Positions 8,911 through 18,473 of a DNA stretch of 24,000 bases are shown in pieces. This DNA comes from Clostridium isatidis. Its GTDB lineage: Bacteria; Bacillota; Clostridia; Clostridiales; Clostridiaceae. Numbering within the stretch: position 1 is the first letter of the stretch; each line of letters begins with the position of its first letter. Under the pieces are notes generated by a model, which searched no databases, was not told the DNA's origin, and saw only the letters and a list, made by a program, of their open reading frames with translations. The position numbers were made by a program, and so were the translations under genes. Location: positions 1,744,420 through 1,768,419 of the forward strand of contig NZ_CP016786.1 in the NCBI RefSeq assembly GCF_002285495.1, written 5' to 3'.

Positions 8911-9735
8911 CTAAAGAAAAAGAAGCAAACTAAAGGCCATAACCATCATTCCCCCGATCAACCCATAGATTGATAAATGATGTTCTCCATATTCTTTTGC
9001 TGCTGGTAATAATTCATCAAAGGATATAAAAACCATTATTCCTGCTACTAGAGCAAAGATTATTCCAGAAGTTAGATCTGTGAAGAAATTTCTTAGAAAT
9101 AGGTATCCTACTAATGCTCCAATTGGTTCTGACATTCCTGATAAAAAGGAATAAATAAAAGCTTTTTTCTTATCTCCTGTTGCATAATAAATTGGAACTG
9201 ATACTGATATTCCTTCTGGTATGTTATGGATTGCAATTGCCACTGCAATTGGTATTGCTACATTAAAATCTGTTAAAGCTGAAACAAAAGTAGCAAGTCC
9301 CTCTGGGAAGTTATGTATTCCTATTGCAAGAGCTGTTAATACTCCAGTTCTCATTAATTTTTTTGATTCTTTTTCTTTTCTAATCCTCTTACATTCTTCA
9401 GTGCTACAATCATTTAGTACTTCCTTAATCTCATGAGGATTTTCTTCACTAGGTACAAGCTTATCTATTAAGGCAATTAAAAACATTCCTGCAAAAAATG
9501 CTATTACTGTTATATAACTTCCTTTTTTTACTCCTAATGCATTTACTAATGAAGTTTTAGCATCAGCAAATAATTCTACCATAGATACATATATCATAAC
9601 GCCAGCTGATAATCCTAAACTGACGGATAAAAATTTCTTATTTGTAGTTTTAGCTACTAAGGCAATTAAACTTCCTATTCCTGTTGCAAGTCCTGCAAAT
9701 AAAGTTATTAAAAATGCTACAAATAAATTATTCAT
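8911..9735 (-). CDS. ZIP family divalent metal transporter (ZupT-like)
   Basis: Signature ZIP motifs AIGIHNFPEGLATFVSAL and AIAIHNIPEGISVSVPIYYATGDKKKAF...SGMSEPIGALVG. Confidence 0.95.
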   Translation of the reverse strand: MNNLFVAFLITLFAGLATGIGSLIALVAKTTNKKFLSVSLGLSAGVMIYVSMVELFADAKTSLVNALGVKKGSYITVIAFFAGMFLIALIDKLVPSEENPHEIKEVLNDCSTEECKRIRKEKESKKLMRTGVLTALAIGIHNFPEGLATFVSALTDFNVAIPIAVAIAIHNIPEGISVSVPIYYATGDKKKAFIYSFLSGMSEPIGALVGYLFLRNFFTDLTSGIIFALVAGIMVFISFDELLPAAKEYGEHHLSIYGLIGGMMVMAFSLLLFL

Positions 9736-9916
9736 GTTTAATCCCTCCTCTTTTCTTTATTTAAACATCTATATCTTCTATCTTTCAATAACTAAAATAT
9801 ATCTAAATACTAATATTTTATTCATTAATAATAATTATTAGTTATTTATATCTTATACTAAATTACATAATTTTTCAATTAAAAACCTGTTTTCCATTTT
9901 ACTAAATTATAACCTT

Positions 9917-10675
9917 TCAATTAGATTTAATTTTCTTATGCTTCTTAGAAAAAAACTTAGAGTTATATAAGATTAAGCTTATATACCATGCGATAAAATA
10001 TATTAAAGAAAGGAATTCCAACTTAATAAAATAATCATATCCTGTACCTAAATCTTCTAATATTGTACCTTTTGCTGCAATATTTGAAGTAAAACTAACA
10101 AAAAAATAATCTGTTTTATAAATTGAATTTATTATTCCCATGCTTAATCCCATGACTTGAAGAATTAAATAGGCTCTTAATAATTCTAATTTGCTTATAA
10201 ACCACTTATTAATTATAGATAAGTATATCGGTACTATTATTATAGATAGATGAGCCACCATAAAATAATAATATTTTAAATATCTAGAGGACATTGATTT
10301 ATCCATTGATAATATACTTGATATACCACCTAATACTCCAGCAAATAATAAGAAATTAAATATCTTTTTATTTGGTTTTATTAAAATAGCTGCACATAAA
10401 ACATTACAAATATAACATAAATGTAATGGTAATTTATTGATGGTTAATCCTTTTATTATCCAATTTCCTAAATAAAAAAGAGAAGTAACTATTATTATAA
10501 TCCCTGCAAAAAAATATCTTAATCTTCTTTCAAACTTGTTATTTAATCTTATTTTCTTTCTAAAGATAAAAAGTAAAAATAAAATAACTATTAATAATAT
10601 TATTGGAAGAAATCTTTCATAATCATTCATTATGTAATTTGGGTTTTCTCTCTCATAAATAATAAATTCTTTCAT
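9917..10675 (-). CDS. YwaF/TIGR02206-like multi-pass membrane protein
   Basis: Start MKEFIIYERENPNYI at 10675 preceded by AAAGGAG; repeated TM helices with LPLHLCYICNVLCAAIL...FAGVLGGISSILSMDKS. The track start at 10762 is an upstream extension. Confidence 0.75.
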   Translation of the reverse strand: MKEFIIYERENPNYIMNDYERFLPIILLIVILFLLFIFRKKIRLNNKFERRLRYFFAGIIIIVTSLFYLGNWIIKGLTINKLPLHLCYICNVLCAAILIKPNKKIFNFLLFAGVLGGISSILSMDKSMSSRYLKYYYFMVAHLSIIIVPIYLSIINKWFISKLELLRAYLILQVMGLSMGIINSIYKTDYFFVSFTSNIAAKGTILEDLGTGYDYFIKLEFLSLIYFIAWYISLILYNSKFFSKKHKKIKSN

Positions 10676-10817
10676 AGGCTCTCCTTTAATATATTTCAAC
10701 CTTCTTTTAGTCTTTAGTACTATAACAAATTTATGCATAGAGAAAACTGAAAATGCCAGCATAATGATTTTATACTGGCATATATTATAAATTTATTATT
10801 TATAATAATTAAATTGC

Positions 10818-11603
10818 TTATCTTTTTTTCTTATCGTCCTTTTTTTTATCGTCCTTTTTCTTTGGTATTTCACATCTGCCAGCATTTCTTAGGCACTTAA
10901 TTATTTCTCTATAAGCTTTCTTATAACCAAGTACGAAGCCTTCTTTAAGTCCTTTTTCATGTCCTTCTGCGAAGCCTTTTTGTTTTCCTTCTGCAAAGCC
11001 CTTGTCACGGCCAACGCATAATCCGTTTGAGTAACCTCTCTTGTATCCAACATCATATCCTTTTTCATAACCTGCTTGGAAGCCAATCTTGTAGCCTTTT
11101 TCATAAGCTGCTTCTGCTAACTTTTCAGCTTTGCTTAGGCCCTTCTTATATCCTTTTTGGAAGCCTTCTTTCACTCCCTTTTCAAAGCCTAGTTTCTTGC
11201 CCTTTTCTAAACCTTTTTCAAAGCCTTTAGTATAACCAATCTTTATACCTTTTTTAAGGCCCTTTTCAAACCATTTTTTGCAATCAACTATTTTATTTTG
11301 TTTTTTATCTTCTTCTTTTTCTTTGCGATCTTTATTAAATTTCTTTTCATAATCTCTTTCAAAGTCTTTTTCAAAATCTTCTTCGTAGTCATCATTTTCG
11401 TCGTCTTCATAGTCATATTCATAGTACTCTTCGTACTTGTCTTCTTGGTCATCTTCATAGTCGTCAAAATAATATGAAGTATATTCTACTTCATCTTCTT
11501 CATAATCATCATCTTCATAAACTTCTTCATAATCTTCATATTCTTCATAGTCGTTAAATTCAAATTCATAATCGTCATTAGTAAAACCATATTTTGTTTC
11601 CAT
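10818..11603 (-). CDS. Hypothetical protein: D/E/Y-rich N-terminus, GX3 tetrad-repeat core, Lys/Asp-rich tail
   Basis: 261 aa; residues ~10-90 almost all D/E/Y/F; residues 115-229 contain 26 G-initiated tetrads (GLKKGIKIGYTKGFEKGLEKGKKLGFEKG...); tail KKKDDKKKDDKKKR. RBS AAGGAGAG upstream of ATG at 11603. Confidence 0.9.
   Translation of the reverse strand: METKYGFTNDDYEFEFNDYEEYEDYEEVYEDDDYEEDEVEYTSYYFDDYEDDQEDKYEEYYEYDYEDDENDDYEEDFEKDFERDYEKKFNKDRKEKEEDKKQNKIVDCKKWFEKGLKKGIKIGYTKGFEKGLEKGKKLGFEKGVKEGFQKGYKKGLSKAEKLAEAAYEKGYKIGFQAGYEKGYDVGYKRGYSNGLCVGRDKGFAEGKQKGFAEGHEKGLKEGFVLGYKKAYREIIKCLRNAGRCEIPKKKDDKKKDDKKKR
10917..11261 (-). repeat. GX3 tetrad repeat region (12-bp-period coding repeat)
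   Basis: G115-G155: 11 tetrads; A159, A163; one 3-residue phase slip (YEK); G170-G226: 15 tetrads. Confidence 0.9.
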
Positions 11604-11699
11604 CTTTTTTCTCTCCTTGTTATTATTTTTTATAATACATAGATATGAAGCTAATAATTTATTTGTTAATGATTTTTAAGAAAATTTGACTGTGTAAGC

Positions 11700-11930
11700 T
11701 TATTCATACAATAATGAAACTACCTCTCTTACTAGTTTTTTTACCTTTGATGGTAACTTAGATAATGCCTTCTCCCTTTTCTCTTCATCCTCAATTTGAG
11801 CTATCCTCATAACCTCTTGTTGAACTCCTGGTATGGAATTGAATTCAGAGGCTATTCTATTGAATTTAGCTGCAAAGTTAGGATCCTGCATCTTAGCCTG
11901 TAATTTCATTAATAATTCAATACCATTCAT
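11700..11930 (-). CDS. Small predicted helical protein of unknown function (76 aa)
   Basis: MNGIELLMKLQAKMQDPNFAAKFNRIASEFNSIPGVQQEVMRIAQIEDEEKREKALSKLPSKVKKLVREVVSLLYE; balanced composition, no low complexity; located between same-strand genes. Confidence 0.75.
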   Translation of the reverse strand: MNGIELLMKLQAKMQDPNFAAKFNRIASEFNSIPGVQQEVMRIAQIEDEEKREKALSKLPSKVKKLVREVVSLLYE

Positions 11931-12028
11931 ATTTTTACTCCTAATCTTACTTTAATTTTATATTATTCATAATTATTTTCTTTGTTACATAATTCTTTAT
12001 CAAAGTTTATACATGACTAAGCAAAAAT

Positions 12029-12058
12029 AAAAAGAGCTGTCCTAAGACAGCTCTTTTT
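12029..12058 (-). terminator. Rho-independent terminator after the CNNM/CorC gene
   Basis: AAAAAGAGCTGTC / CTAA / GACAGCTCTTTTT, 13-bp perfect stem overlapping the stop codon at 12057. Confidence 0.93.
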
Positions 12059-13361
12059 ATTTGCTTTCTGAATTTAATATTAATTGAATTTTATCAATTC
12101 TTTTATCATCTAATTTTAATAGCTTTAATTTAATATTACCAGATACTACTTCACAATTCTTTGTGTCTGTAGGAATTTCACCTAGTTTTTCTATAAAGAA
12201 ACCTGCGATAGTATCTGCATCTTCTGATTCTAATTCAATATCAAGATAATCATTTAAATCTGATAAACTCATCAACCCACTGACAATATAATTTTGATCG
12301 TCTATTTTTTCAATATCTAAAGAATCATCATACTCATCTAGGATTTCTCCCATAACTTCTTCAATGATGTCTTCCATAGTTACTATGCCAGAAAAGCCAC
12401 CATACTCATCTATTAATATAGCAATATAGGCTTTCTTTTCTTTTAATTTTTTAAATAACTCATCTATACTTTGAGTTTCTATAAAGAAACATGGTTCTTT
12501 TATTAAATCTCTTATTTTTACATTATCAATACCTTTTTCTATTATACTAGCAAAAAGATCCTTTATGTGTAAAATACCTATTATATTATCAATTTCATCC
12601 TCATAAATAGGGATTCTAGAAAAATTCTCTTCTAATATTGTATTGATACAATCTTTTAGATTTTCATTAACATCTAATAAAAAAGTTTCTGTTCTAGGAG
12701 TCATAATCATTTTTGCTGTTGTATCATCAAATTCTATGATACCATCAATCATATCTCTTTCAGATTCATTTATCGCACCATTTTCTTCTCCTATTTCTAT
12801 AAGGCTTCTAATTTCTTCCCTTGATATTTGCTCTTCTACTCCCTCATTCTTAAATCCAAAAATCTTCATTATTAGATTAGTTGAAAAGGATAAAAACCAT
12901 ACAAAGGGTTTTGTAACCTTAGACACAAATAGAATTATTTTTATTGCAAACATTGCTACCTTTTCAGTATTTTGCAATGCTATTCTTTTTGGTACTAACT
13001 CTCCTAAAACTAGTGTTAAATAGGAAATTATTAAAGTTGTTACTACTAATGCAATATCATCACTATATGGCACATTAAAATTATTAAGAAGTTCTGCAAA
13101 GCCTACTGAAATTGATGTTGCTGCCGATGCTGAAGCAAAGAATCCAGCAAAGGTTATACCTACTTGTATTGTTGATAAAAGTTTATTTGGCTCCTTTAGA
13201 ATATCTCTTAATAATATTGCTTTTTTATTTCCTTCTTCCGCTAAAATGTTTATTTTAGTTTTATTTAAAGATACTATTGCCATTTCTGCAGATGCAAAAA
13301 ATGCATTAACCAATATCAATATAAAAATTAAAATAAAACTACTCTCGGGACTACCTTCCAT
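12057..13361 (-). CDS. Hemolysin-family / CNNM-CBS-CorC_HlyC domain membrane protein
   Basis: DUF21/CNNM N-terminus (FFASAEMAIVSLNKTKI...GELVPKRIALQ), CBS pair (IMTPRTETFLLDVNENLKD...FSRIPIYEDEIDNIIGILHIKDL; YIAILIDEYGGFSGIVTMEDIIEEVMGEI), CorC_HlyC C-terminus. Confidence 0.95.
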   Translation of the reverse strand: MEGSPESSFILIFILILVNAFFASAEMAIVSLNKTKINILAEEGNKKAILLRDILKEPNKLLSTIQVGITFAGFFASASAATSISVGFAELLNNFNVPYSDDIALVVTTLIISYLTLVLGELVPKRIALQNTEKVAMFAIKIILFVSKVTKPFVWFLSFSTNLIMKIFGFKNEGVEEQISREEIRSLIEIGEENGAINESERDMIDGIIEFDDTTAKMIMTPRTETFLLDVNENLKDCINTILEENFSRIPIYEDEIDNIIGILHIKDLFASIIEKGIDNVKIRDLIKEPCFFIETQSIDELFKKLKEKKAYIAILIDEYGGFSGIVTMEDIIEEVMGEILDEYDDSLDIEKIDDQNYIVSGLMSLSDLNDYLDIELESEDADTIAGFFIEKLGEIPTDTKNCEVVSGNIKLKLLKLDDKRIDKIQLILNSESK

Positions 13362-13517
13362 TAACTCATTCTCCTTTTAAATTTATTGCTTATAATTTTA
13401 TAGTAATTATTATTCTATCATATTTATTTAAATTTTCAATCAAATTTGTCTTTGTTAATAATTATTTAAAAATCCAAAATTTGAAATTTGCTCCATTTTT
13501 AATAATTCATCAAAATA

Positions 13518-13543
13518 AAAAAAGTGCTTTCGCACTTTTTTTA
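13518..13543 (-). terminator. Rho-independent terminator of the suf operon
   Basis: AAAAAAAGTGC / TTTC / GCACTTTTTTT overlapping the sufU stop codon. Confidence 0.92.
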
Positions 13544-13969
13544 TTGCTTCTTAAAGGCTTCTTGAATTGTATGCCATGCAAGCACTGCGCACTTAACTCT
13601 AGCAGGCATGTTTGAAATATTTTGAAGCACCATTGCATCTTCTAATTTTTCTAATTCTTCTTCATCTTTAATTTCTCTTTTTATCATTCCAATGAAAGTT
13701 TCAACTAAGTTTAATGCTTCTTCCTTACTCTTTCCTTTAAGCAAATCTATCATCATTGAAGTTGAAGCTTGAGAAATTGCACATCCTTGACCTGAAAAAG
13801 CAAGATCTTCTATTATATCTCCATTCAATTTAAGTTCAAGAGTTATTTCATCTCCACAGCTTGGATTATGACCTCTTTCACATATATCTGGATTATCAAG
13901 TTTTCTTCTATTATGCTTTGAAGCACTTTGCTCCATTATAAGTTGGGTATATATGTCTTGTAAATCCAT
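13541..13969 (-). CDS. sufU: SufU-type Fe-S cluster scaffold/sulfur acceptor
   Basis: NPSCGDEITLELKLNGDIIEDLAFSGQGCAISQASTSMM ... ARVKCAVLAWHTIQEA. Confidence 0.95.
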   Translation of the reverse strand: MDLQDIYTQLIMEQSASKHNRRKLDNPDICERGHNPSCGDEITLELKLNGDIIEDLAFSGQGCAISQASTSMMIDLLKGKSKEEALNLVETFIGMIKREIKDEEELEKLEDAMVLQNISNMPARVKCAVLAWHTIQEAFKKQ

Positions 13970-13973
13970 TGTA

Positions 13974-15203
13974 TTACCTCCATTTTGCGAACATATCGTA
14001 AGTTTTCTTAATCGCTTCTATTAACTTATCTATATCTTCCTTAGTATTGTATAAATAAATACTTGCTCTACAAGTAGCATTAATTCCCATATATCTCATT
14101 AAAGGCTGAGCACAATGATTTCCTGCTCTAATGCAAACTCCTAGGGAATCGAAAATTGATGCGCAATCATGTGGATGAACTCCATCAATTGCAAAGGATA
14201 TTACTCCTCCTCTTTTTTCTACTTCCTTTGGACCATATATGGTTACATAAGGTAGTTCTCTAATTTTTTCCATAGCATAGCTCATTAATTCATGTTCTAT
14301 TTCTTCTATTTTATCCATGCCTACTTCATTTAAATAATCTATAGCCTTAGCCAAACCTACTGCACCTTCAACATTTTGTGTTCCAGCCTCAAACTTATAT
14401 GGTAATTCATCAAATGTAGCTTCTTGTTCATATACATACTCTACCATATCTCCACCAAAGGTTACAGGAGGCATTTTTTCTAGTAATTCTTTCTTACCAT
14501 AAAGTACTCCTATTCCCATAGGTCCTAAAAGCTTATGAGCAGAGAAAACTAAGAAGTCTGCATCTAAATCTTGTACATCTACTTTCATATGAGGTACACT
14601 TTGAGCTCCATCTACAACAACTACTGCTCCCTTTGAATGAGCATATTTAGCTATTTCCTTAACTGGATTTATTGTACCTAATGCATTTGATACTTGAGTT
14701 ATTGCTACTAGCTTTGTTTTATCTGTTATTTTAGTCATAATTTCTTCTTCTGTAAGCTCACCATTTTCATTAGTGTACATATATTTTAATAATGCACCCT
14801 TAGCTTTTGCTACTTGCTGCCATGGTATAAGATTAGAGTGATGTTCTGCAATGGAAATTACAATTTCGTCCCCTTCATTAATAAAATTTAAGCCATAGGA
14901 TCTTGCTAAAAGATTAAAGGAGTCTGTTGCATTTCTTGTAAATATTATTTCTTCTTTATATTTTGCATTAATAAAAGCTCTAACCTTTTCTCTTGCTTCA
15001 TCATAAGCTTCTGTTGCTGCAACACTTAATGCATAAGCTCCTCTATGAGGATTGGCATTTGAATTTTGATAGTACTCTACCATAGCCTCTATAACTGATT
15101 GTGGTTTTTGTGTTGTTGCAGCACTATCTAAATATACTATTCTCTTACCATTTACTTCTTTTGTTAAGGTTGGAAAATCTTTTACTATATCTCTATTATT
15201 CAT
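13974..15203 (-). CDS. sufS: Cysteine desulfurase SufS
   Basis: YLDSAATTQKP, NPHRGAY, FTRNATDSFNLLA, VDGAQSVPHMKVDVQDLDADFLVFSAHKLLGPMGIGVLYGK, VCIRAGNHCAQPLM. Confidence 0.97.
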   Translation of the reverse strand: MNNRDIVKDFPTLTKEVNGKRIVYLDSAATTQKPQSVIEAMVEYYQNSNANPHRGAYALSVAATEAYDEAREKVRAFINAKYKEEIIFTRNATDSFNLLARSYGLNFINEGDEIVISIAEHHSNLIPWQQVAKAKGALLKYMYTNENGELTEEEIMTKITDKTKLVAITQVSNALGTINPVKEIAKYAHSKGAVVVVDGAQSVPHMKVDVQDLDADFLVFSAHKLLGPMGIGVLYGKKELLEKMPPVTFGGDMVEYVYEQEATFDELPYKFEAGTQNVEGAVGLAKAIDYLNEVGMDKIEEIEHELMSYAMEKIRELPYVTIYGPKEVEKRGGVISFAIDGVHPHDCASIFDSLGVCIRAGNHCAQPLMRYMGINATCRASIYLYNTKEDIDKLIEAIKKTYDMFAKWR

Positions 15204-16299
15204 TATCCAAACATTCCTTTATAGCCTTAAATATTTCTTCTCTAGAATTTTGATCATCTATCTTATCTATTATAGGATTAAATGCACCTTCAATTATTAC
15301 CCTTCTAGCTTCGTTATAATCTAACCCTCTAGTCATTAAGTAAAATAGTTTGCTTTCATCAATTTTACCTGAAGCTGCAGCGTGTTCTCCTGAAACATCA
15401 TCTTCTTCACATAATAGTAAAGGTAATGCTTTTGATCTAACCTTTGGAGATAAAATCATGCAATATTCATCTTCAGCTCCAGTACTTCTTGATGCTCCTC
15501 TTTTAAAATCTATTGTTCCTCTGAATATTTTTTGCGCTTCATCTTTTAATGCTCCCTTAGTAGAAATATTTGAACTGCTTCTTCTACCTCTGTGTGTCAT
15601 AACATAATTAATATCTATAACTTTATCTTTAGCACCTAAATAGATTGAATTTAAAGTTGAAGCTGAGCTTTCTTCTTTTAAATCTCCATGATAGTTAGTT
15701 ATACTATATTTTCCACCTAGCTCTGCTGCTATAAAATCAACGCTGCCATTGTAGCTTACATCTGATACATTTGAATCTAAGTGCATTGTATTATTGTTTA
15801 ATAAGTTTATCTTTGTTAATTTTAACTTGCTGTCATCTTTACTAAATACTTTTAAAATACCATTGTGATATCCTTCAGAAGCGTCCAAAGAATTGTATTT
15901 TATAATAATATTTGCTTCAGATTGTTCTTCACAAACTATTATTATATTATCTACTAAGGTATTATTGTTTTTATCCATATTGAACTCTATTATAATAGGT
16001 TCTTCTATTTTTGCTTTTCTTGCTATATTTATAATATAACCTTGGTTAAAGTCCTTTTCACCTTGATTAATTAATTCTTCTGATACACCGTAAGTAAAGT
16101 TTTTATTAAAAGGAAGTACTTTGTCCCTATCTATCTTTTCAATTATTACTCCATTATTTTCATTAGCAGTTATTTTTACATTTTCAAAAGTACCTATAGC
16201 TGGAGCCTTATACTCTAATGTTACATCATTAACCTTTAGCCAACTTTTTGTTCTTACAGGAGTCTTATTTAAATTACTAAAATTAATTTCATTAACCAT
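15196..16299 (-). CDS. sufD: Fe-S cluster assembly protein SufD
   Basis: VMTHRGRRSSSNISTKGALKDEAQKIFRGTIDFKRGA, SGEHAAASGKIDESKLFYLMTRGLDYNEARRVIIEGAF. Confidence 0.95.
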   Translation of the reverse strand: MVNEINFSNLNKTPVRTKSWLKVNDVTLEYKAPAIGTFENVKITANENNGVIIEKIDRDKVLPFNKNFTYGVSEELINQGEKDFNQGYIINIARKAKIEEPIIIEFNMDKNNNTLVDNIIIVCEEQSEANIIIKYNSLDASEGYHNGILKVFSKDDSKLKLTKINLLNNNTMHLDSNVSDVSYNGSVDFIAAELGGKYSITNYHGDLKEESSASTLNSIYLGAKDKVIDINYVMTHRGRRSSSNISTKGALKDEAQKIFRGTIDFKRGASRSTGAEDEYCMILSPKVRSKALPLLLCEEDDVSGEHAAASGKIDESKLFYLMTRGLDYNEARRVIIEGAFNPIIDKIDDQNSREEIFKAIKECLDNE

Positions 16300-17708
16300 T
16301 ATCCTATGCTCCCTTCTAGTTCAAGCTTAATTAAATTGTTCATTTCAACTGCATATTCAAGAGGTAATTCCTTTGATATTGGTTCAACGAAACCTCTAAC
16401 TATCATTGATTTTGCTTCATCTTCGCTTATACCTCTGCTCATTAGGTAGAATATAGCTTCATCGCTTATCTTACCTATTTTTGCTTCATGTCCGATTTCT
16501 ACATCATCTACTGCTAAATCAATTACTGGAATTGTATCTGATTTTGAAAGATTGTCTAGCATTAGAGATTCACAGGATACAGTTGATTTTGAATTATGAG
16601 CATTTGCATTAACTTTAACAACTCCCCTGTAAGTTGCAGTTCCGCCGTTTTTTGATATTGATTTTGAGTTAATTGTTGAACTTGTATTTGGAGCAGCATG
16701 AACAACCTTTGCTCCAGTGTCTAGGTTTTGACCTTTACCAGCAAAGGATACTCCAGTAAATTCTGCAGTTGCTCCTTCTCCCTTTAAAACACTCATTGGG
16801 TATAGCATAGAAATATGTGATCCAAAGGATCCTGATACCCATTCTATTCTTCCGTTCTTTTCAACAATTGCTCTCTTTGTATTAAGGTTTAACATATTTT
16901 TAGACCAGTTTTCTATTGTACTGTATCTTAAAGTTGCTCCTTCTTTAACAAATAACTCAACACAACCTGCATGAAGGTTTGTTACATTGTATTTAGGTGC
17001 TGAACATCCTTCTATGAAGTGAAGCTTAGCTCCTTCTTCTACAATAATTAATGTATGTTCAAATTGACCTGCTCCAGGTGAATTTAATCTAAAGTATGAT
17101 TGTAGCGGAATATCTACATTTACTCCCTTTGGTACATATACAAAGGATCCACCTGACCATACAGCCCCATGTAAGGCTGCAAATTTATGCTCTCTTGGAG
17201 ATACGCATTTCATAAAGTATTCCTTAACAATATCTCCATATTCTCTTATAGCTGTCTCCATATCAGTGTAAACAACACCCTGTTTTACTAAATCTTCTTT
17301 TATACTATGGTAAACAACTTCTGAATCGTACTGAGCTCCAACACCTGCTAGGGATGTCTTTTCTGCTTCTGGTATTCCTAGAAGATCAAAAGTCTTTTTA
17401 ATATCTTCAGGAACTTCATCCCAGCTTTCAGCCATTTTAGATTTTGGTCTAACATATGTAACGATATTATCCATATCTAATTCATCTAAAGATGGTCCCC
17501 AAGTTGGTAAACTAATTTCATTATATATATCTAAAGATTTTAATCTAAATTCAGTCATCCATTCTGGTTCATTTTTTTCTTTTGAAATAGTTGTAACTAT
17601 TTCTTTTGTAAGACCTTTATCAGTTTTAAATTCAAATCTATCTTCATTCTTAACGTCATAGATTCCTCTATCCATTTCATCTATGACAGTTTTCTTTCTA
17701 TTTTCCAC
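16299..17708 (-). CDS. sufB: Fe-S cluster assembly protein SufB
   Basis: WMTEFRLKSL, YVPKGVNVDIPLQSYFRLNS, GCSAPKYNVTNLHAGCVELFV, YSTIENWSKNMLNLNTKRA, IGHEAKIGKISDEAIFYLMSRGISEDEAK. Confidence 0.97.
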   Translation of the reverse strand: MENRKKTVIDEMDRGIYDVKNEDRFEFKTDKGLTKEIVTTISKEKNEPEWMTEFRLKSLDIYNEISLPTWGPSLDELDMDNIVTYVRPKSKMAESWDEVPEDIKKTFDLLGIPEAEKTSLAGVGAQYDSEVVYHSIKEDLVKQGVVYTDMETAIREYGDIVKEYFMKCVSPREHKFAALHGAVWSGGSFVYVPKGVNVDIPLQSYFRLNSPGAGQFEHTLIIVEEGAKLHFIEGCSAPKYNVTNLHAGCVELFVKEGATLRYSTIENWSKNMLNLNTKRAIVEKNGRIEWVSGSFGSHISMLYPMSVLKGEGATAEFTGVSFAGKGQNLDTGAKVVHAAPNTSSTINSKSISKNGGTATYRGVVKVNANAHNSKSTVSCESLMLDNLSKSDTIPVIDLAVDDVEIGHEAKIGKISDEAIFYLMSRGISEDEAKSMIVRGFVEPISKELPLEYAVEMNNLIKLELEGSIG

Positions 17709-17723
17709 AGGCTCACCTCCAAA

Positions 17724-18473
17724 CTAAATTGCTGCCTTCTTAAATGCTTCATATCCATCTTGTTCAATTTGTTCAGCAAGGCTTGCGTCTCCAGTTTTAA
17801 CAATTCTTCCATCAACTAAAACATGAACGTAATCAGCTTTTAAGTTTTCTAATATCTTTGTATTGTGAGTAATTATTAATACTGCATTATTTTCATTTGA
17901 GTACATTTTAATACCTTGAGAAACAATTCTTATAGCATCTACGTCTAGTCCAGAATCTGTTTCATCTAGTATCGCTAGTTTAGGGTTTAACATAAGCATT
18001 TGAAGAATTTCGTTTTTCTTCTTTTCTCCTCCTGAGAAACCTACATTTAAATATCTCTTTGCATATTCTGGTTTCATTTTTAATTCTTTCATATTATTCT
18101 TTAAGTCTTTATCAAACTTTAAGAACTTGATTAATTGACCATCTATAGCAATTTTAGAACTTCTTATAAAGTTCTCAACAGTTATGCCAGGTACTTCTTC
18201 TGGATGTTGGAAAGATAAGAATAAGCCCTTTCTTGCTCTTTCATCTGTTTTTAATTCTGATATATCTTCACCTTCGAAAACTACTTCTCCAGATATTACC
18301 TTATATTTTGGATGAGCCATTAATGTGTTAGCTAGAGTTGATTTACCTGCTCCATTAGGACCCATTATTACATGAATTTCACCTTTTTTTATTTGTAAGT
18401 CTAATCCCTTTAGGATTTCTTTTCCTTCAACCTCTGTTCTTAACCCACTTATATTTAATAATACTTCGCTCAT
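17724..18473 (-). CDS. sufC: Fe-S cluster assembly ATPase SufC
   Basis: Start MSEVLLNISGLRTEVEGKEILKG at 18473 preceded by AAGGAGATG; Walker [11 protein letters not shown], signature GFSGGEKKKNEILQM, LAILDETDSGLDVDAIRIVS. The track start at 18512 is upstream extension. Confidence 0.97.
   Translation of the reverse strand: MSEVLLNISGLRTEVEGKEILKGLDLQIKKGEIHVIMGPNGAGKSTLANTLMAHPKYKVISGEVVFEGEDISELKTDERARKGLFLSFQHPEEVPGITVENFIRSSKIAIDGQLIKFLKFDKDLKNNMKELKMKPEYAKRYLNVGFSGGEKKKNEILQMLMLNPKLAILDETDSGLDVDAIRIVSQGIKMYSNENNAVLIITHNTKILENLKADYVHVLVDGRIVKTGDASLAEQIEQDGYEAFKKAAI

Noticed and set aside
10901-11230. Plus-strand ORFs of 67 aa opposite the GX3-repeat gene
   Set aside because: Complementary-strand shadows of the biased, stop-poor repeat codons; no RBS or recognisable domain.
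12643-13023. 126-aa plus-strand ORF
   Set aside because: Antisense to the well-supported CNNM/CorC gene; low-complexity Ser/Ile-rich composition typical of antisense frames in AT-rich genomes.
15350-16330. Plus-strand ORFs at 15350-15607 and 16121-16330
   Set aside because: Antisense to sufD, with no independent coding evidence.
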